A stretch of 64,000 nucleotides of DNA from an uncultured Gammaproteobacteria bacterium (GCA_964401485.1 CAYNYL010000003.1:18365-82364); one strand, 5' to 3'. Counted from the stretch's first letter, positions 38,398-51,035 are shown. A program made the numbers and translations. The notes: a model not told the origin generated them from the letters alone.

Positions 38398-39189
38398 ATG
38401 GAATTTGCCCTCCCTTCCACGATCTACACAACTATCCTCGGATTTCCAATCACGGATTCGTTTATCGGCGCGTTGATCGTTTCGTTTGTAATGGTTGCCT
38501 CGCTTACTTTTGTTGGATCCAGGGCGAGACTCATTCCATCCCGACTCCAAAGTTTATTTGAGATGGTCACGGAATTTTTGCTCGGACTACTCGAGAATGC
38601 ATTCCGAGACAAGGAAAGGGCACGAGCATTCTTCCCGTTTTTCATGACATTGATGCTATTTATCGCCTTCGCAAACCAAATCGGAGTTGCTCCACTCATT
38701 TTCGAAATTACCTACCGAGGTGCGGATGCGATTCGCCAACCGACATCGGATTTGTCGCAGACTGTCGCTCTTGCGCTCCTTATATTTGTTTTATCAAATG
38801 TCCTCGCGCTTCGTGTTTCTCCTATTAAACACTTGTCCAACTTTATCTCCATCGGTCCGTTGATGCGGGCACGTTCTTTTAAGGCTTTATTCCAAGCCGG
38901 TATCGATATTTTTATCGGAGTCCTAAACATTGTCGGGGAAATCGCAAAGGTGATTTCGCTCTCTTGCCGACTTTTTGGAAATATTTTCGCAGGAAACGTG
39001 ATGATCGCTGTTATTGGAGGGCTTGCCGTTTTTACCTCGGTCATTGTCCCGATCCCATTCATTTTTCTCAGTATTTTCTCGGGATTTGTTCAGGCGTTCG
39101 TTTTTACGCTTCTTGGAATCCAATTCGTTGCCGGAGCGATCGATGGGGCGACTCCTGCGCCGACGGCGGAAGAGCCGGCGCGAGCGTAG
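38398..39189 (+). CDS. atpB: ATP synthase F0 subunit a
   Basis: PTSD, SLSCRLFGNIFAG, VQAFVFTLL. Confidence 0.93.
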   Translation: MEFALPSTIYTTILGFPITDSFIGALIVSFVMVASLTFVGSRARLIPSRLQSLFEMVTEFLLGLLENAFRDKERARAFFPFFMTLMLFIAFANQIGVAPLIFEITYRGADAIRQPTSDLSQTVALALLIFVLSNVLALRVSPIKHLSNFISIGPLMRARSFKALFQAGIDIFIGVLNIVGEIAKVISLSCRLFGNIFAGNVMIAVIGGLAVFTSVIVPIPFIFLSIFSGFVQAFVFTLLGIQFVAGAIDGATPAPTAEEPARA

Positions 39190-39267
39190 TGAACCCTGCG
39201 CCCTTTGTCTTTTTGGACGAAGAGCGGAGTGTTTACTCACATAATTCATTATTCATTAATTCATAGT

Positions 39268-39498
39268 ATGGAATTAGAAGCAGCAAAAGTGATCGCGGCG
39301 GGAATCGTTATGGGGCTTGGAGCTATTGGTCCAGCCGTTGGTGAAGGGTACGTTGGAGGAAAGACCATGGAGGCGATCGGCCGAAACCCATCGGTAGCGG
39401 ATAAGCTCGTACCAAACATGGTTGTCGCTATGGCGATTACCGAGTCTACGGGTATTTATTCGCTTGTTATCGCGCTTATCATCTTGTTCGTTGCTTAA
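39268..39498 (+). CDS. atpE: ATP synthase F0 subunit c
   Basis: GxGxxG, GRNP loop, AITESTGIY. Confidence 0.95.
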   Translation: MELEAAKVIAAGIVMGLGAIGPAVGEGYVGGKTMEAIGRNPSVADKLVPNMVVAMAITESTGIYSLVIALIILFVA

Positions 39499-39506
39499 CT
39501 TGAGCT

Positions 39507-40007
39507 ATGGAAGCACTCGCGAATTTAGGAATCGATCTTAAGGGTGTCGTCTTGTATATCGTAAACTTCGGTATCTTGATGGCGCTTCTCTATCGATTTG
39601 CGTACAAGCCTTTGCTCGCGATGCTTGATAAGCGACGCGACATTATTCGCGACAATATCGAAGAGGCCGAGCGACTTCGGAAGGAGTTTGAGACGAAGGC
39701 GGTCGAGGAGGCGAGTCTTCGAGGAACGCGCGAAGCGGAGCTTGATGCGCGAATCGCGAAAGCAAAGAAAGTCGCGAAAGATGACGCCAAGAAATTGATC
39801 TCGGACGCGCAAGCACAGCGAGATGCAATGCTTGCGGCTGCAAATAAAGCCGTCGAAGAAGCAATGAAAAACACGATCAAAGGTTCCGAAGAGGAGATTT
39901 TGAAGCGTGTGCGTGCAGTTGTTTCTTCGGTACTTCAGGGTGGAGTTTCGGAGGCGGAAATTAAGAAGAGTGTAGACGAAAGCTGGAAGAAGCTTGCGAA
40001 GGTTTAA
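39507..40007 (+). CDS. atpF: ATP synthase F0 subunit b
   Basis: N-terminal TM (NFGIL...YKPL...LDKR) then coiled coil. Confidence 0.9.
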   Translation: MEALANLGIDLKGVVLYIVNFGILMALLYRFAYKPLLAMLDKRRDIIRDNIEEAERLRKEFETKAVEEASLRGTREAELDARIAKAKKVAKDDAKKLISDAQAQRDAMLAAANKAVEEAMKNTIKGSEEEILKRVRAVVSSVLQGGVSEAEIKKSVDESWKKLAKV

Positions 40008-40008
40008 T

Positions 40009-40617
40009 ATGATTACGGATCTCTTTCGAGCATCGCTAATCGACCTGGGTAACGCGGTTAAAGACGCGGAGTACTTCTCGCTATCGCAATCCGCTCGCGA
40101 AAAGCGTGTGGGCGAAGTGATGTCAAAAGACTACCCGGCTAACTTGCGAAAAGTTGCATTTTCGATCGATGAATCGGAATTTGTGCGAGAGATGCGCCTT
40201 CTTGGTGGAATCCTCGCTGAATCAAATTCGGTTATTGAGCGTGCGACACTTCTTTCGGGATCCTCCTCAAAGATCTTCGACGCCTTCCTTAAAGACCTGT
40301 CTGCAATTCGTGCGTTCCGGTCGAGAGATTCTGCTCTCGGACGCGCGGTTGGACGGTTCGAAGACGCGGGGCCGCAATACAAAAAGGCTCTTGATCGAGA
40401 ACTTCAACAACTGCTCTTGTTTGCAAAAAATCAAGATTCCCCAATCTATCAAACAGCGTTGCCGATTGAGGCATCGACGGCGGTGAAAGGAGTCGGGGTG
40501 CCGTCGATCGATGTGTCTCGGGCGCTCCTTGGAGGGGCGAGACGGTTCTACGACGGAGAGTTGGTCGACGATAGTTGGCGTGCGAGGTTAACAAGTATTC
40601 TCAAGGTTATTTCATAG
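40009..40617 (+). CDS. atpH: ATP synthase delta subunit (highly divergent)
   Basis: Position between atpF and atpA; C-terminal LLGG...VDDSWRARL resembles the delta D.S...L motif. Confidence 0.6.
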   Translation: MITDLFRASLIDLGNAVKDAEYFSLSQSAREKRVGEVMSKDYPANLRKVAFSIDESEFVREMRLLGGILAESNSVIERATLLSGSSSKIFDAFLKDLSAIRAFRSRDSALGRAVGRFEDAGPQYKKALDRELQQLLLFAKNQDSPIYQTALPIEASTAVKGVGVPSIDVSRALLGGARRFYDGELVDDSWRARLTSILKVIS

Positions 40618-40618
40618 T

Positions 40619-42124
40619 ATGAGTGAACAATCATTAAAACAATTTTTTGCCTCGTTTGATTCGGCGCTTCAGTCTGCAGACTTGCGTGAAACAAAGAAGA
40701 AGGCGGGTATCGTTCGATCGGTTAAAGACGGCGTTATCCATATTTACGGACTCCTTGGTCTTCGGATGGGAGAAGTTGTTCACGTTGAAGAGGCGGGAAT
40801 CGACGCGCTCGTCATGCAACTTGACGGACGCAACACTTACGCCGTTCAACTTCAAACCAGCCTTGAGGTAACGGAAGGCCAGGCGGTTGTTACGACGGGA
40901 AACTTCCTTGGAATCAACGTTTCTAAGGCGATTCTTGGACGTGTTGTAAACCCAATTGGAGCTCCGGAAGACGGTCATGGCGAGATTAAGGGAGACGAAT
41001 TCATGCCTCTTGAGCGCATTGCTCCGGGCGTAATGACCCGAGAACCAGTTTCGCAACCGGTGCAAACGGGAATTTTGGCGATTGACGCGATGATTCCGGT
41101 TGGACGAGGACAACGCGAGCTTATTATCGGAGACCGACAAACGGGAAAGACCGCTGTTGCGCTCGACACGATTATCAACCAAAAGGGACAGGACATGATT
41201 TGTGTCTACGTTGCGATCGGTCAACGCGAGTCAAACACGGCGACCGTTGTACGAAAACTTGAGGCGCACGGGGCGATGGACTACACGGTTGTTGTTTCGG
41301 CCGGGGCCTCGTCGTCCGCGGTTATGCAGTTCCTTGCGCCATACGCGGGAGCGGCGATTGGAGAATATTTCATGGGGAAGGGAAAGGATGTGCTCGTTGT
41401 GTACGACGATCTTTCAAAGCACGCGGTTGCCTACCGAGAGCTTTCGCTTCTTCTACGACGTCCACCAGGTCGAGAAGCGTATCCAGGAGACGTATTTTAT
41501 CTCCACTCACGACTTCTCGAGCGTTCCGCGCGACTTAATAAGGAAAACGGCGGAGGATCAATTACCGCGCTTCCGATTGTCGAGACGCAAGCAAACGACG
41601 TTTCGGCCTACATTCCGACAAACGTTATTTCGATTACGGACGGACAGATTTTCCTTGAGTCCGACTTGTTCAATAGCGGAATTAAGCCGGCGATCAACAT
41701 TGGTATTTCTGTTTCTCGCGTTGGAGGTTCGGCGCAAACCCATATCATGAAAAAAGTTTCGGGTTCAGCAAAACTCGATCTTGCGCAGTACTACGAACTT
41801 TCGGCGTTTACGCAGTTCGCGAGCGAGCTCGACGAGGCGACGAAGAAACAATTGACGCGTGGAGAGCGTGTTGTTGAGGCAATGAAGCAAAAAGAAAATA
41901 AGCCTTGGAAACTTTGGCAAGAGGTGGTCATTTTACGCTCGGCAACGGGAGGATTCCTCGATGCTGTTGCGGTTGCGGACGTAAAGAAGACGCTTGAGCA
42001 CGTTCTCTCTATGATCGAAACGGAAGAGAAGGAGCTCGTTGCGTCGATCGAGAAAGAAAAGAAATTGACGGATGAAATCGCGGAAGCGTTAACAAACGCA
42101 ATCAAGAAAGCACTAACCAAGTAA
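40619..42124 (+). CDS. atpA: ATP synthase F1 alpha
   Basis: [38 protein letters not shown]. Confidence 0.98.
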   Translation: MSEQSLKQFFASFDSALQSADLRETKKKAGIVRSVKDGVIHIYGLLGLRMGEVVHVEEAGIDALVMQLDGRNTYAVQLQTSLEVTEGQAVVTTGNFLGINVSKAILGRVVNPIGAPEDGHGEIKGDEFMPLERIAPGVMTREPVSQPVQTGILAIDAMIPVGRGQRELIIGDRQTGKTAVALDTIINQKGQDMICVYVAIGQRESNTATVVRKLEAHGAMDYTVVVSAGASSSAVMQFLAPYAGAAIGEYFMGKGKDVLVVYDDLSKHAVAYRELSLLLRRPPGREAYPGDVFYLHSRLLERSARLNKENGGGSITALPIVETQANDVSAYIPTNVISITDGQIFLESDLFNSGIKPAINIGISVSRVGGSAQTHIMKKVSGSAKLDLAQYYELSAFTQFASELDEATKKQLTRGERVVEAMKQKENKPWKLWQEVVILRSATGGFLDAVAVADVKKTLEHVLSMIETEEKELVASIEKEKKLTDEIAEALTNAIKKALTK

Positions 42125-42125
42125 T

Positions 42126-44391
<2,266 letters not shown>

Positions 44392-44392
44392 T

Positions 44393-44800
44393 ATGCAAAC
44401 ATTTCACGCAACTCTACGGACGCCAACGGCGATTCTCTTCGACGGAGAAGTAGAGTCGTTGAAATTGAAGACGGATTTGGGCCGAATGGAAATTCTCCCA
44501 AACCACGCAACACTTGTTGGAACAATTCTCTATTCGCGCGTGTTCGTTAAGAGCGCCGGAGATGAAAAAGAGTTCATTATCCGGCAAGGGTCGGTTTCGG
44601 TTGACGGTTCGGGAAGTGCCTCTGTTCTTTCCGCAGAAGGTCACGCGGAAGAAACGCTCTCTATCCACGATATCGACGATTACCTTCGTTATATCACCGG
44701 GGTCCTTCACGGCGACAAGCCTCTCAACGACTACCAAAAGAAATTCCTCGAAGAGCAACGGTACGCCTTCGAAGAAACGAAAAAAGAAAAGCAACAATAA
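44393..44800 (+). CDS. atpC: ATP synthase F1 epsilon
   Basis: TP...F.GEV, G.MEILPNHA; last gene of the operon. Confidence 0.85.
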   Translation: MQTFHATLRTPTAILFDGEVESLKLKTDLGRMEILPNHATLVGTILYSRVFVKSAGDEKEFIIRQGSVSVDGSGSASVLSAEGHAEETLSIHDIDDYLRYITGVLHGDKPLNDYQKKFLEEQRYAFEETKKEKQQ

Positions 44801-44826
44801 CAAAACCGCCCAATGGGCGGTTTTTG

Positions 44827-45117
44827 CTAGTTCTTCTTTTTGTCGAGCATGTCGAGTCGAAGTCCTTTAAATCCGAAGTAGACCACTGCGGAGATAATGA
44901 GGAAGTTAATTACGATCGAAATAAACTGACCGTACATAATCGGACCGGCGTGAAGCGAGGCGAGTCCTTCCGCAGAGCCGAAGATGTACCCGATTGCTGG
45001 TTGAATAATATCTTTCACGAGCGAGGCAACGAGTTGTGAAACGGCACCGCCGAGGATAAACCCGATCGCGAGGCCAATTACTCCCTGTTCCCTAATAAAT
45101 TCAATGAATCCTTTCAT
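44827..45117 (-). CDS. mscL: Large-conductance mechanosensitive channel
   Basis: FIEFI, VIGLAIGFILGGA, SLVKDII.P, YGQFI...INFLII. Confidence 0.9.
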   Translation of the reverse strand: MKGFIEFIREQGVIGLAIGFILGGAVSQLVASLVKDIIQPAIGYIFGSAEGLASLHAGPIMYGQFISIVINFLIISAVVYFGFKGLRLDMLDKKKN

Positions 45118-45203
45118 AGTAACCCTAGGGTAGCATATCGTTCTCCACAGCGTAAGTTCGTGGCGTGGATTAGAAATTGGTATACTTTAGACAAATTTAT
45201 ACT

Positions 45204-45971
45204 ATGACAAAACAGGAGGTTCATTCTAAGATCTTTTGGACACTGCTTATCGCGAGTGTCTTCGCCGCGTTTGCGTCTATTCCGTATACGATGGCGCCGG
45301 GGGGTGGAAGTAGTCTCGCACTTGGCTTGCCGTTCATGATGGTTGCGCAACTACTCGTGTTTGCGGCAGTTTATGCAGTCCTTATCCAGGTCGGACTTCT
45401 TCTTTCTAAGCCGGCGGGACTCGGGACGCCTGCGCTCCAGAAATTGATCGAGGGCAAGCCGTTGAAAAATGTCTTTGCGCCGTTTTTTACGGAGTCGGTG
45501 CTTTACGGTTTTGTGACCGCGGTTTCGGTCTTGATTCTCGAGCTCGTCTTCTTCCTTGCCTTTGATATTCGAGTGATCCAAAGTGCAACGGATATAGGAA
45601 TGGCTGATCGATTTTTTGCCCTATTCACTGGCGCGATCAATGATGAGATCTTCTTCCGACTGTTCTTCATGTCGCTTGTTGCATGGGGACTCGTGAAAAT
45701 ACTTGGTGAAAAGGCATTGAGCCGAGCGCAAATGACGGGTGTCGTAGCGTTTGTAGCGATCGTTGACGCGGCAACCCACCTTCCTTCCGTATTCGCGGTT
45801 CTCGAGCCTTCCCCAATGCTTGTTGTGCGTATGCTCGTGGTCGGCGCTCTTTCCGCAACTGTGTTTGGTGTCATGTATGTACGGCACGGAATCCTCTCCG
45901 CCATGCTTACACACTTTGCCTTCGAATTCTCACTTTTCATTCTCCTTCCGGCGATTGTCGCAATTAGCTAG
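45204..45971 (+). CDS. CPBP (CAAX/Abi) family intramembrane protease-like protein
   Basis: Multi-TM; NDEIFFR (degenerate EExxFR), AATH, GILSAMLTHF. Confidence 0.7.
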   Translation: MTKQEVHSKIFWTLLIASVFAAFASIPYTMAPGGGSSLALGLPFMMVAQLLVFAAVYAVLIQVGLLLSKPAGLGTPALQKLIEGKPLKNVFAPFFTESVLYGFVTAVSVLILELVFFLAFDIRVIQSATDIGMADRFFALFTGAINDEIFFRLFFMSLVAWGLVKILGEKALSRAQMTGVVAFVAIVDAATHLPSVFAVLEPSPMLVVRMLVVGALSATVFGVMYVRHGILSAMLTHFAFEFSLFILLPAIVAIS

Positions 45972-46012
45972 AATAAAAAAACACTCCGCGAAAGCGGGGT
46001 GTTTTTTTGTTA

Positions 46013-47050
46013 CTACTCCCAGTTGAGATTTCCACCGGTTTGGTATTCAACGACGCGGGTCTCGAAGAAGTTCTTTTCTTTTCGTAGGTCGATCGCTTCC
46101 GACATCCATGGGAATGGATTTTGGACGTGGAAAATAGGGGCGAGTCCGACCGCTGAAAGGCGTTTGTCGGCGATGTACTGGATGTATTGGAGGAATCCAG
46201 CGGCGTTCATTCCGAAGATTCCGTCAGGGAACACGGTTGACGCGAAGGTGTATTCTAGCGTGACCGCTCGACGAACGAGGTCGGTTGCACGCGCTTGAAA
46301 CTCCGGCGTCCAAAGCTCCGGTTGCTCAGCCTTAATCGTGTTAATAAGGTTGATTCCGAATTGGAGGTGGGCGCTTTCGTCGCGCATGATGTACTGGATT
46401 TGCTCCGCGGATCCGACAAGCTTATTTTGTCGTTGGAATCCAAGCACGACCGCAAAGGACGAGTAGAAGAAGATCCCTTCCATGATGAGCGAGAAAACGA
46501 TCATGTTTTCGAGAAACTTTTGGTCATTCTCAAGCGTCCCCGTCTTAAAGTTCGGATCGAAAATCCCTTCATTGAACGAGAGGATGAACGAATCCTTATC
46601 GTAAATCGCTTTTACCTCGCGATACATGTTAAAGATTTCTCCGTCGTTAAATCCGAGACTTTCGACGATGTGCTGGTAGGCGTGCGTGTGGATTGCTTCC
46701 TCGTAGCCCTGACGAAGGAGGTACATTCGCACCTCCGGCGATGTAACGTGCTTGTAGGTCGCAAGAACAACGTTATTTGCGGCGATCGAGTCAGCGGTCG
46801 TAAAGAAGCCGAGAACGGTTTTAAACGCCTTCTTCTCGTCTTCCGTAAGGCAGTTCGGATCGCGCCACTGCTCAACATCTTTTTGCATGTTGATTTCCGT
46901 TGGAAGCCAGTGGTTCGCGTTTCCGACGTTGTACGCCTCCCATGCGAACAAGTGTCGCATAGGAGAGAGTTGTACAACGTCGCAGTCTGCACCGTTAATC
47001 ACGCGGCGCTCATTTACGTCTGGTCGGCGTGTTGTGAATTCGATAGGCAT
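46013..47050 (-). CDS. nrdB: Ribonucleotide reductase class Ia beta subunit
   Basis: W.PTEI, FFTTAD, EAIHTHAY (radical Tyr), EGIFFYSSF, RDESAH, NFFETRV. Confidence 0.95.
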   Translation of the reverse strand: MPIEFTTRRPDVNERRVINGADCDVVQLSPMRHLFAWEAYNVGNANHWLPTEINMQKDVEQWRDPNCLTEDEKKAFKTVLGFFTTADSIAANNVVLATYKHVTSPEVRMYLLRQGYEEAIHTHAYQHIVESLGFNDGEIFNMYREVKAIYDKDSFILSFNEGIFDPNFKTGTLENDQKFLENMIVFSLIMEGIFFYSSFAVVLGFQRQNKLVGSAEQIQYIMRDESAHLQFGINLINTIKAEQPELWTPEFQARATDLVRRAVTLEYTFASTVFPDGIFGMNAAGFLQYIQYIADKRLSAVGLAPIFHVQNPFPWMSEAIDLRKEKNFFETRVVEYQTGGNLNWE

Positions 47051-47051
47051 A

Positions 47052-49727
47052 TTATTGGCAAGACTCGCAGGTTGGGTCGTCGAGTCGGCAGAGTTTAATT
47101 TCAGGAGCCGGTTGCTGTACCGGTGTTACAACGTTTGGATAGATCGGAACGGTTGGGGCGGTTTGAAGAGGGGGTACGACTTGCATAATCGGTTGCGGAG
47201 CCGGGGTCGGCGTTGGCGCCGGAGTCGGTTCACTCGCCGGAACCGTGACCGGAATTGGTTGTGGTACGACTTGCTGAACTGGCTCGGGAGTCGGTTCACT
47301 TGTAATCGTTACCGTTTCGAGTACCTGCATCGTGATAGTTTGTGTTGGCGCTTGTTGTTCAGGGGCGGGCGCTTGTTCCGGAGTATTTACCGCGACGGAG
47401 TTTGTTTCGGTGATTGTTGCGCGATCGACTTGTGACGCTCCGATCGTTCGGAGGTAGTACGTCGTCTTAAGTCCCATCTTCCACGCGTAGGTGTAAACAT
47501 CGGAGAAAAACTTTCCGCTCGTATTGTCAGCGAAAATATTGATCGATTGGCTTTGGTCAATCCATTTTCCGCGTACAGCCGCGTGCTTCACAACCCATTC
47601 CGGATGGATCTCAAATACGGTCTTGTAGATTTGCTTCATGTCTGCCGGAATCTCGTCGATGTTTACAATCGTTCCATCTTGAATCTTCATCTTCTCGATG
47701 ATGCTTGGCGTCCAAAGTCCTCGCGCCTTGAGGGCGTCCGCTAGGAAGTCATTGATGACAATGAAGTCTCCGCCATGGTTGGCTTTAACGTAGATGTGCT
47801 TGTAAATCGGCTCGATCGAAGGCGTACAGCCGGCGATGTTTGAGATCGTTGCGGTTGGCGCAATCGCCATACAATTCGAATTACGCATGCCGTATTTGCG
47901 AACGCTGTTACGGACAATTTGCCAATCCATGGTCTCCTCTTTATTAACAGGAATCTCAACGCCACGCTCATGTTCATGCATCTTAAGCGTATCAATAGGG
48001 AAGAGGTTGCGATCCCACTTCGAACCCTTGTAGGTCGCGTAAGCACCCTTTTCTTGCGCAAGTTTTGAGGAGTTAAGAATCGCATGATAGGAAATAAATT
48101 CCATGTTTTCGTCGGAGAAACGAACAGCTTCTTCCGAATCAAACGGGAGCTTAAGTTTGTAGAGTGCCTCTTGGAGACCCATGACTCCAAGTCCAACTGG
48201 ACGGTGTCGAAGGTTTGAAACCTTCGATTCTTTTGTCGGATAGAAGTTGAGATCGATTACGTTATCGAGCATGCGCATCGCGACGGCGACGGTTTTCTCG
48301 AGCTGTGGTCTATCGAATCCATTTTCAGTCGTATGTCGAAGAAGGTTAATCGAACCAAGGTTGCAGACGGCGGTTTCGTCCTTACTCGTATTAAGCGTAA
48401 TTTCCGTACAAAGGTTCGAGCTATGGACGACGCCAACGTGATCTTGCGGGGAGCGAACATTGCAAGGATCCTTAAACGTAATCCAGGCGTGACCCGTCGA
48501 GAAGAGCATTGTCAGCATTTTTCGCCAAAGTTCTTTCGCCTTCACCTTCTTAAAGAGTCGAATCTCACCCTGCGCAGCCATTTTTTCGTACTGCTCATAG
48601 CGAATTTCAAATTCCTTGCCGTAGATGTGGTGGAGTTCTGGGGTTTCGTCTGGTGAGAAAAGGGTCCAGTCTCCGTCATTGATCATGCGCTTCATGAACA
48701 AATCTGGAATCCAGTTTGAGGTGTTTACGTCATGCGTTCGTCGGCGCTCGTCACCGGTATTTTTTCGGAGCTCGAGGAAATCTTCGATATCGTAGTGCCA
48801 TGCTTCAAGGTAGACGCAAGTTGCCCCTCGTCGCTTTCCGCTTCGATTGATCGCGGCGGTTGTTGAGTCGACGATTTTAAGGAATGGAATGACTCCCTGA
48901 CTAAAGACGTTTGTACTCTTAATAAGAGCGCCGGTTGCACGAATATTCGTCCAATCGTTTGCAACACCTCCCGACCACTTCGAGAGCTGTGCGTTATCCG
49001 CATAGTTCTTGAAGATATCAACGAGATCGTCCTCGACCGTTGTAAGGAAGCAAGAGCTCATTTGCGGGTGCGAGGTTCCGGAGTGGAAGAGCGTCGGGGT
49101 TGAAGGAACGTAGTAGAGTTGCGACATGGCGTGATAGAACTCGATCGCGCGGTCCTCTTTTTGGAGTTCTTCAAGCGCAAGACCCATCGCGACACGCATC
49201 CAGAAATATTGTGGAAGCTCGAGAATTTTTTGGCTATGATCCTTTAGGAAATAGCGGTCGTAGAGTGTTTGTGCGCCAAGGTACTTAAAGAGACGATCGC
49301 GTTGCGGTTGAATCGCCGCCGAAATTTTCGCGATATCGAAATGACCAAGTCGTGGATCGAGCCGTCCTGCCTCGATTCCTTTCTTAAGTTGCACGGCAAA
49401 CGTTGTTCGGTACTTTTCTTCAAAGGTCTCGTCTTGATCGCCTGTTTTTAAAATGCCCTTGTACAAGTTGTTGAACATGTAGCGGGCGGCAATATTTGAA
49501 TACGCCGGGTACTGATCCATTCTTCCGCGAAGTGCCATGATAATTGCATCTGTAATCTCTTCGGTCGGCATCTTGTCATACAAGTTCACGAGAACATCGT
49601 TCAAGAGTTCTTGGATGTTGATTTGTTGCGAGTGGTCGGCAGTGAGATAGCGAAGCGAGCGTTCGATTTTTCCGAGATCGAACGGCTGGATATCCCCGTG
49701 GCGCTTTGTAACGTAGGAAATGGTCAT
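47052..49727 (-). CDS. nrdA: Ribonucleotide reductase class Ia alpha subunit with ATP cone
   Basis: VTKRHG ATP cone, PSTPT, SSC, SNLCTEI, IAPTA, KTTYY, C-terminal CESCQ. Confidence 0.96.
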   Translation of the reverse strand: MTISYVTKRHGDIQPFDLGKIERSLRYLTADHSQQINIQELLNDVLVNLYDKMPTEEITDAIIMALRGRMDQYPAYSNIAARYMFNNLYKGILKTGDQDETFEEKYRTTFAVQLKKGIEAGRLDPRLGHFDIAKISAAIQPQRDRLFKYLGAQTLYDRYFLKDHSQKILELPQYFWMRVAMGLALEELQKEDRAIEFYHAMSQLYYVPSTPTLFHSGTSHPQMSSCFLTTVEDDLVDIFKNYADNAQLSKWSGGVANDWTNIRATGALIKSTNVFSQGVIPFLKIVDSTTAAINRSGKRRGATCVYLEAWHYDIEDFLELRKNTGDERRRTHDVNTSNWIPDLFMKRMINDGDWTLFSPDETPELHHIYGKEFEIRYEQYEKMAAQGEIRLFKKVKAKELWRKMLTMLFSTGHAWITFKDPCNVRSPQDHVGVVHSSNLCTEITLNTSKDETAVCNLGSINLLRHTTENGFDRPQLEKTVAVAMRMLDNVIDLNFYPTKESKVSNLRHRPVGLGVMGLQEALYKLKLPFDSEEAVRFSDENMEFISYHAILNSSKLAQEKGAYATYKGSKWDRNLFPIDTLKMHEHERGVEIPVNKEETMDWQIVRNSVRKYGMRNSNCMAIAPTATISNIAGCTPSIEPIYKHIYVKANHGGDFIVINDFLADALKARGLWTPSIIEKMKIQDGTIVNIDEIPADMKQIYKTVFEIHPEWVVKHAAVRGKWIDQSQSINIFADNTSGKFFSDVYTYAWKMGLKTTYYLRTIGASQVDRATITETNSVAVNTPEQAPAPEQQAPTQTITMQVLETVTITSEPTPEPVQQVVPQPIPVTVPASEPTPAPTPTPAPQPIMQVVPPLQTAPTVPIYPNVVTPVQQPAPEIKLCRLDDPTCESCQ

Positions 49728-49841
49728 AGACGAGTTTGAAGAATAAAAAACCTTCACGCTTTCGGCACGACGACGAGCCGTAAGCTGTAAGAACAAGTAT
49801 ACAAAGGGTCGGGAAAAATAGCCCGTCTCAAGGTGTGGACA

Positions 49842-49889
49842 AAACATTATCTAGTGCCAAACCATCCACAGCGATACTATATGTTGTAA
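49842..49889. promoter_or_regulatory. Tandem NrdR boxes upstream of nrdA
   Basis: AAACATTATCTAGTGC (49842) and ATACTATATGTTGTAA (49874), each about 12/16 to acaCwAtATaTwGtgt, 32 bp apart. Confidence 0.65.
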
Positions 49890-49956
49890 AAGAAACGAGC
49901 GCCGACTCCTTGTTGGAATCGACGCTCGGAAGAGGCGGCGTGGGAACGATGATCGC

Positions 49957-50940
49957 CTATTGCTTTTTGGCCCGCAAAAGGCGCTTCAGGACCCGCTTGA
50001 ACCACTTCTCGACGGTCAGGCCCTTGCTGTTGAGGACGAGATCGAAGACGAAGTGGACAAAGGTCGGCAAGCTGACGCGGTCAAGGCTCAAGTCGAGTGG
50101 GTTCACGACGCGATGCGTCGTGGGTGCGATCTTGAGTCCGAGCGCCGCGAGTCGCTCGACTACGATCTCGAAGGCGGCGAGCATCATGCCGGTGTTGATG
50201 GCGACGACGTCGGCTCCTTCCGGAATCACGATCCCGCCCCAGACTCTCCGCTTCATGCCGCGACGCGGCAGGAAGAGTTCGAGATCTCTGACGACGGGGA
50301 GTACGGTGAGGACGTTGATGTCTTCGTGCTTCGCGGAGCGTACCGAGCCGGGCTTGACGTTCGGGTACTTGTCGAGGGCCGGGTAGTAGATCGCACGGAA
50401 CACCGTCTCGGCGCCGTAGATCGCATTCGTGAGCAGGCCTCGTTCGAGCTTGAGGAAGACCTCGAAGCACGCGAGAACGCGCTCGCTGACCGCGATCGTT
50501 TGGCGCAGGTACTCAAGCGCGAGATCCTTGAACTCAGACACTTCCTTCGGGAAGATGTTCGGACCGTACACCCAGTTCGCGGGATTCAGGGGGTTGCGCT
50601 CATCGCGCACCATCCAGAATTCCTTGAGATCGGGGCAGTCACTACTTGCTGCGATCTCGCTTCCGTACTCGGCGAAACCGCGTTGCCTCAAGCCATCGAG
50701 GGCGATGTACTGCATCAGGGTGAGGCGCGGAAGCGCCATGACTTTGCGAAAGGCCCTCTCGGTATCGTTGATCAGGGTACGGTCGATCTTGTGGTTTTCT
50801 ACCAGGAGGAATCCATCCTGGCACACGGCACGGACGACCTGTTCACATCGCTCTTCGTTTCCAGGCGCCCACGGGTCGTCGGGAAGGTTGACGACCTGAA
50901 TTTCGTGTTGGAATACGGCGTTTGCTCGGGGAGCGACCAA
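49957..50940 (-). CDS. 2OG-Fe(II) oxygenase, isopenicillin N synthase-like
   Basis: GF.LVENH.I, DLKEFW, YYP, HED (HxD), HRV, RVS; GAGAGG SD before TTG. Confidence 0.85.
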   Translation of the reverse strand: MVAPRANAVFQHEIQVVNLPDDPWAPGNEERCEQVVRAVCQDGFLLVENHKIDRTLINDTERAFRKVMALPRLTLMQYIALDGLRQRGFAEYGSEIAASSDCPDLKEFWMVRDERNPLNPANWVYGPNIFPKEVSEFKDLALEYLRQTIAVSERVLACFEVFLKLERGLLTNAIYGAETVFRAIYYPALDKYPNVKPGSVRSAKHEDINVLTVLPVVRDLELFLPRRGMKRRVWGGIVIPEGADVVAINTGMMLAAFEIVVERLAALGLKIAPTTHRVVNPLDLSLDRVSLPTFVHFVFDLVLNSKGLTVEKWFKRVLKRLLRAKKQ

Positions 50941-51035
50941 GTAACACCTCTCGGCTAGGGTTAAAGGAACCGGGCAAAGTCTATCAAATGGGGATAAAAT
51001 CCGCCAGGAGGAAGGAAAGTCGCTATACTGATTCT

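Noticed and set aside
47088-47415. Intein or intron in nrdA
   Set aside because: In-frame low-complexity sequence without intein splice motifs or an endonuclease.
49960-50958. 332-aa plus-strand ORF
   Set aside because: Antisense shadow of the GC-rich oxygenase gene, which has the real motifs.
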